Shown here one piece after another: positions 60,921-64,000 of a DNA stretch of 64,000 bases. This DNA comes from Glaucostegus cemiculus (Eukaryota): positions 7,130,001 through 7,194,000 of the forward strand of contig CDPCPM010000091.1 of NCBI GenBank assembly GCA_976551045.1, in the 5' to 3' direction. Made by a program: the position numbers and the translations under genes. The number at the start of each line of letters is the position of its first letter. The first letter of the stretch is position 1. The notes under the pieces were generated by a model. That model ran no database searches. It was given only the letters and a program-made list of their open reading frames with translations, and was not told the DNA's origin.

Positions 60921-61740
60921 AAGAAGAGAGATGGAGGGTTGGGGTGTGGGTGGAGAGGGAATGGTTGAAGGAAAGTTGGAGCTCAGGGAAGGGGTTAATA
61001 AGAATGGCCTGAAGCAGGAAAAACAACTGAGGGGAAGGGCTATTACAAAATACCATAATATAATCAACTTTATGACCCTAAAGGAATCCAAAACTTTTCC
61101 TCAGTTCTTCCAGTTGTGCACAAAAAATAAATTTAGAAACTTTACGAAGTAAGAAGATACCTACTTTTCTTTAAGTGTTTGCACAAGTGTGGAGCATTGA
61201 ATAAACATGCTTCATTTGTGGTAACTGAGACAATTTCTCATTCCATATAATCCCATTACCTCAGCTAACTGTTCTGGAAACAAAACATCTTTACAGTTTA
61301 TCTCATCACTGGTCTAAAATTTCTATTTCTGCAACATGCCATCACCGTAAATGTAACAATATCTGGCAGTATAAACTGAAGCAGTGTTTCTGTTACCCAA
61401 CACTCACAGCAAGTACCAGATTACTGAAATATCTGCAAAACATATCGAGTTTCAAAAATTAAAGCAAGTATTAAATAAAACAGGAATAAACCCTTCCCAA
61501 ATTTCTAACTTCCTCTCCAGCAGGGCCAGTGTAGATAGGACTCAACAATAAACAGCAGGAACAGCAATAAATGCTTTCAATCACAAACAGCTCCCAAAAT
61601 ACTTCAGCAATCGCTGCTTCTAACCACAGATGTAAGGTGATAGCTGCAGTTCCACCCTTACTCAGGAGGTTTTTGGAGTTATTTTACTAAATACAAATAT
61701 GGTGCCAGATTTACAGTAATGCAGGAGGCACAGGGATACT

Positions 61741-62109
61741 TTATTTTTCAATCTTTTTATTGATAACAAATCAATACAGGTTAATATATATATAACAATG
61801 TTTACACATGTATTACAGAGAGATTGGGTAACAATCATAGGTAATCATTAAAAAAAAGCAATAAAGTATGATATACATATATAAAAGAAATAGTTCCAAC
61901 AATCTCTTGGTTGATAAGTATAATGTAAAAGATAAGAAAGAAAAAGATTTATTATATAATTAGAAAAAAAAGGAAAAAACCCCAAATCAATAAAAAAAAT
62001 TATAACAATACAAAGTAAATTGAACAGAAAATTTAGAAAAGAGAAAAAAAAACAAGAAAAAAAACTGGGCTAAAAATTTCAATAGAAACAGAGCAATATT
62101 ATGTCATCA
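61741..62109 (-). mobile_element. 5'-truncated L1-like 3' end with perfect 16-bp target-site duplication
   Basis: gaggcacagggatact at 61725-61740 and 62110-62125; shares tttttcaatctttttatt, agagattggg and ccccaaat with the 58315 element. Confidence 0.8.
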
Positions 62110-62115
62110 GAGGCA

Positions 62116-62740
62116 CAGGGATACTGTCACCTATGTGGAGGACGGGAGGTGGACATTGGCCTGGTCAGCTTGGACCAGGAGATGGCCTTTGGCTGGATAT
62201 TGCACACTGTATATGATGGATGTGCTCTCCAAAATAGGCTCTGGGGAAGGGAATCAGGAATTGGATCCAACTGCTCTACACTGACATCAGTAGTGCAGTC
62301 CAAATCAATGGGTGAGGAACTGACAGCTACCCACCCCTCCCCCCAAATCAAATCTGGAATGAGGCAGGTTTGACCACTATTTCCTGAAATGTTTGTGTGC
62401 CTCACAGAATATGTTGAGGGATGCACTGAAGCTTGGTGCAGCCAATCCAAAGGTTTTGTGGGAAAGGATTGCAGTCTGAGGTCCTTCTGCCATTAGACAT
62501 TGAGGGGTTAAGCCCTGCATGGAAGCCTGTCAAACACTTGAGGTTTGTATCGTCCCAGAAAACCACCAAGAGGCAATGGTGCTCTGTACACAGAACGTGC
62601 TTACACACAAAATGTACAGAACCAATCATACTATGAACGTACAGACTGAACGACACCATGTATGTAAAGAAATCCATGCACTAATTTTTGTATTTCTTGT
62701 ATATATTTTATGAATAAAGTTTATTTTTGAAATAAAAAAT
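62116..62740 (+). mobile_element. Tx1/L1-clade LINE, internally deleted (RT fragment fused to C-terminus and 3' UTR)
   Basis: RDTVTYV..VDIGLVSLDQEMAF..I.H..YMMDVLSKIG.GEGIRNWIQLLYTDISSAVQING..IKSGMRQ, then LRDALKLGAANPKVLWGK; AATAAA and A-tail at ~62715-62740. Confidence 0.85.
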
Positions 62741-64000
62741 GATAATGCAACAGGTGCAGAAAAATCACACTGTGGGAACTTAAAACCTGCAGTATAAAAG
62801 CGGAATATTACTCATGTGGAAGTGTGTCTTATTGTTGCAAAATAACAGCTAAAATATCACAGTGTATTAATTACATTAGCTAAAGGCTGTGAACTTTCAC
62901 AAATTAGTCTTAATAAATCAATTTGCTTAAAATTCATCCCTAGTCACAAACACGCTATATAGTAACATTAGTGCATTAAACTCTGCCTCTGAAAGTTAAT
63001 TTCTTGGTAATTTTACTTTAAGTAATGGTTAGGGCTCAGAATGTGCAACAATTGTCAAAATGTACTTTCACTGGGCTGAGAAACTAAACAAAAACCTCAG
63101 TTTCAACTCAGGATCTTGAATCACACAGAAGATTACCATGACATCACTGCCACAAAGCTCACACACTTTTAGCCCCTGATTTTCGTTTCAATATGACTGT
63201 CAAGTTGCCTCCCAGATCTAGTCAGGAAATGGAAAACTCTCAGAACTCCCAAGGGCTATCTGAAGTGAGGATACAAATTTTAAAATAAAACACAGTCAGA
63301 ATACACTGCAGTGAGGGGAAACTAAAACGTGTCGCTGTGCTGCCACAGGATTGCTTGGAAGTCCCCACAGAGATGAGGGCTAGGAGTAAAGTGTGGTTCC
63401 CCAGCAGCTGAAGGAGTGTTCCCCATCAGACAGAGGCAGCTAACAGGGTCTAGTACAAGGTAGGGCAAATTGCAACCATCCCACAAGACTAGCAAGGGCA
63501 AGTACAACTCATCTCTCTAGTTATCGACAATGTTTGATAACTCTCTTTTTCCACTCCCTCCCACCACTCTCAATAATTCAATTCTTTTTGAGTATCGAGA
63601 AGTGTGATAGTCACCTCACTCTCTTTCCAAACACTCATTTTGTTCTTTCATCTTTTCACACCATATACACCAACAACATTCTGTTCCTACGTTCGAGGAC
63701 TCGCAGCACTAACAATTCATCATCAAGGTATTAATGCAAGGGTCGTTTTTTGTACTCAAGCATGATATTAGCTGATGCATTAATGCCAGCACATATACGA
63801 TTAAAGATGTCTTGAGGGAGAAAACTACTGCAGCAATTCTCCAAGGTCTCTACCATGGACTGGTAAGAGTAACAATGCACCTCTTCGAGAGCACTGTAGA
63901 AATCTTGGAGCCCCAACATGCAGATTTTACAAGGGAAAATGGCACATAGCAACAAGAGGAAGAAACCGCAAGGAAAAATTACAGTTGCTTTTTTAAGAAT

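Larger units (their letters stand above)
1..64000 (-). other. CTBP2: 5' region (alternative first exons plus large introns) of the CTBP2/RIBEYE gene; shared B-domain exons lie outside the window to the left
   Basis: Two recognisable CTBP2 exons on the minus strand in the expected order (NLS exon upstream of RIBEYE exon). No IRPQIMNGP.../dehydrogenase exon seen. Whether 33-64 kb is all intronic is inferred from the acceptor at 32843 requiring an upstream exon. Confidence 0.75.

Overview
Vertebrate nuclear DNA, AT-rich and CpG-depleted. Its repeat landscape (CR1, V-SINEs, Rex/Babar, L2, Tx1/L1, Penelope) points to a cartilaginous fish, probably a ray or shark. The window lies in the 5' region of a minus-strand CTBP2/RIBEYE gene; the shared dehydrogenase-domain exons are not visible and should lie left of position 1. 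Two exons are clearly recognisable: the RIBEYE A-domain exon (9255-7449, 602 codons + 1 nt, with a SAM-like domain and a photoreceptor-type CRX/OTX + Maf promoter signature) and the NLS-bearing CtBP2 exon (MDKHKVKRQRLDRICE-G, 32722-32674). A third likely first coding exon (24480-24219) and two weaker candidates (51802-51751, 59585-59528) end in the same phase-1 donor, suggesting an array of interchangeable N-termini. Side signals: decayed hammerhead-ribozyme-like cores in Penelope termini, L1 3' ends with target-site duplications, Tigger-like MITEs, templated-insertion scars and an old local duplication. Homology calls come from recalled family motifs, not database searches, and repeat boundaries are approximate. 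No prokaryotic system (CRISPR etc.) is present.
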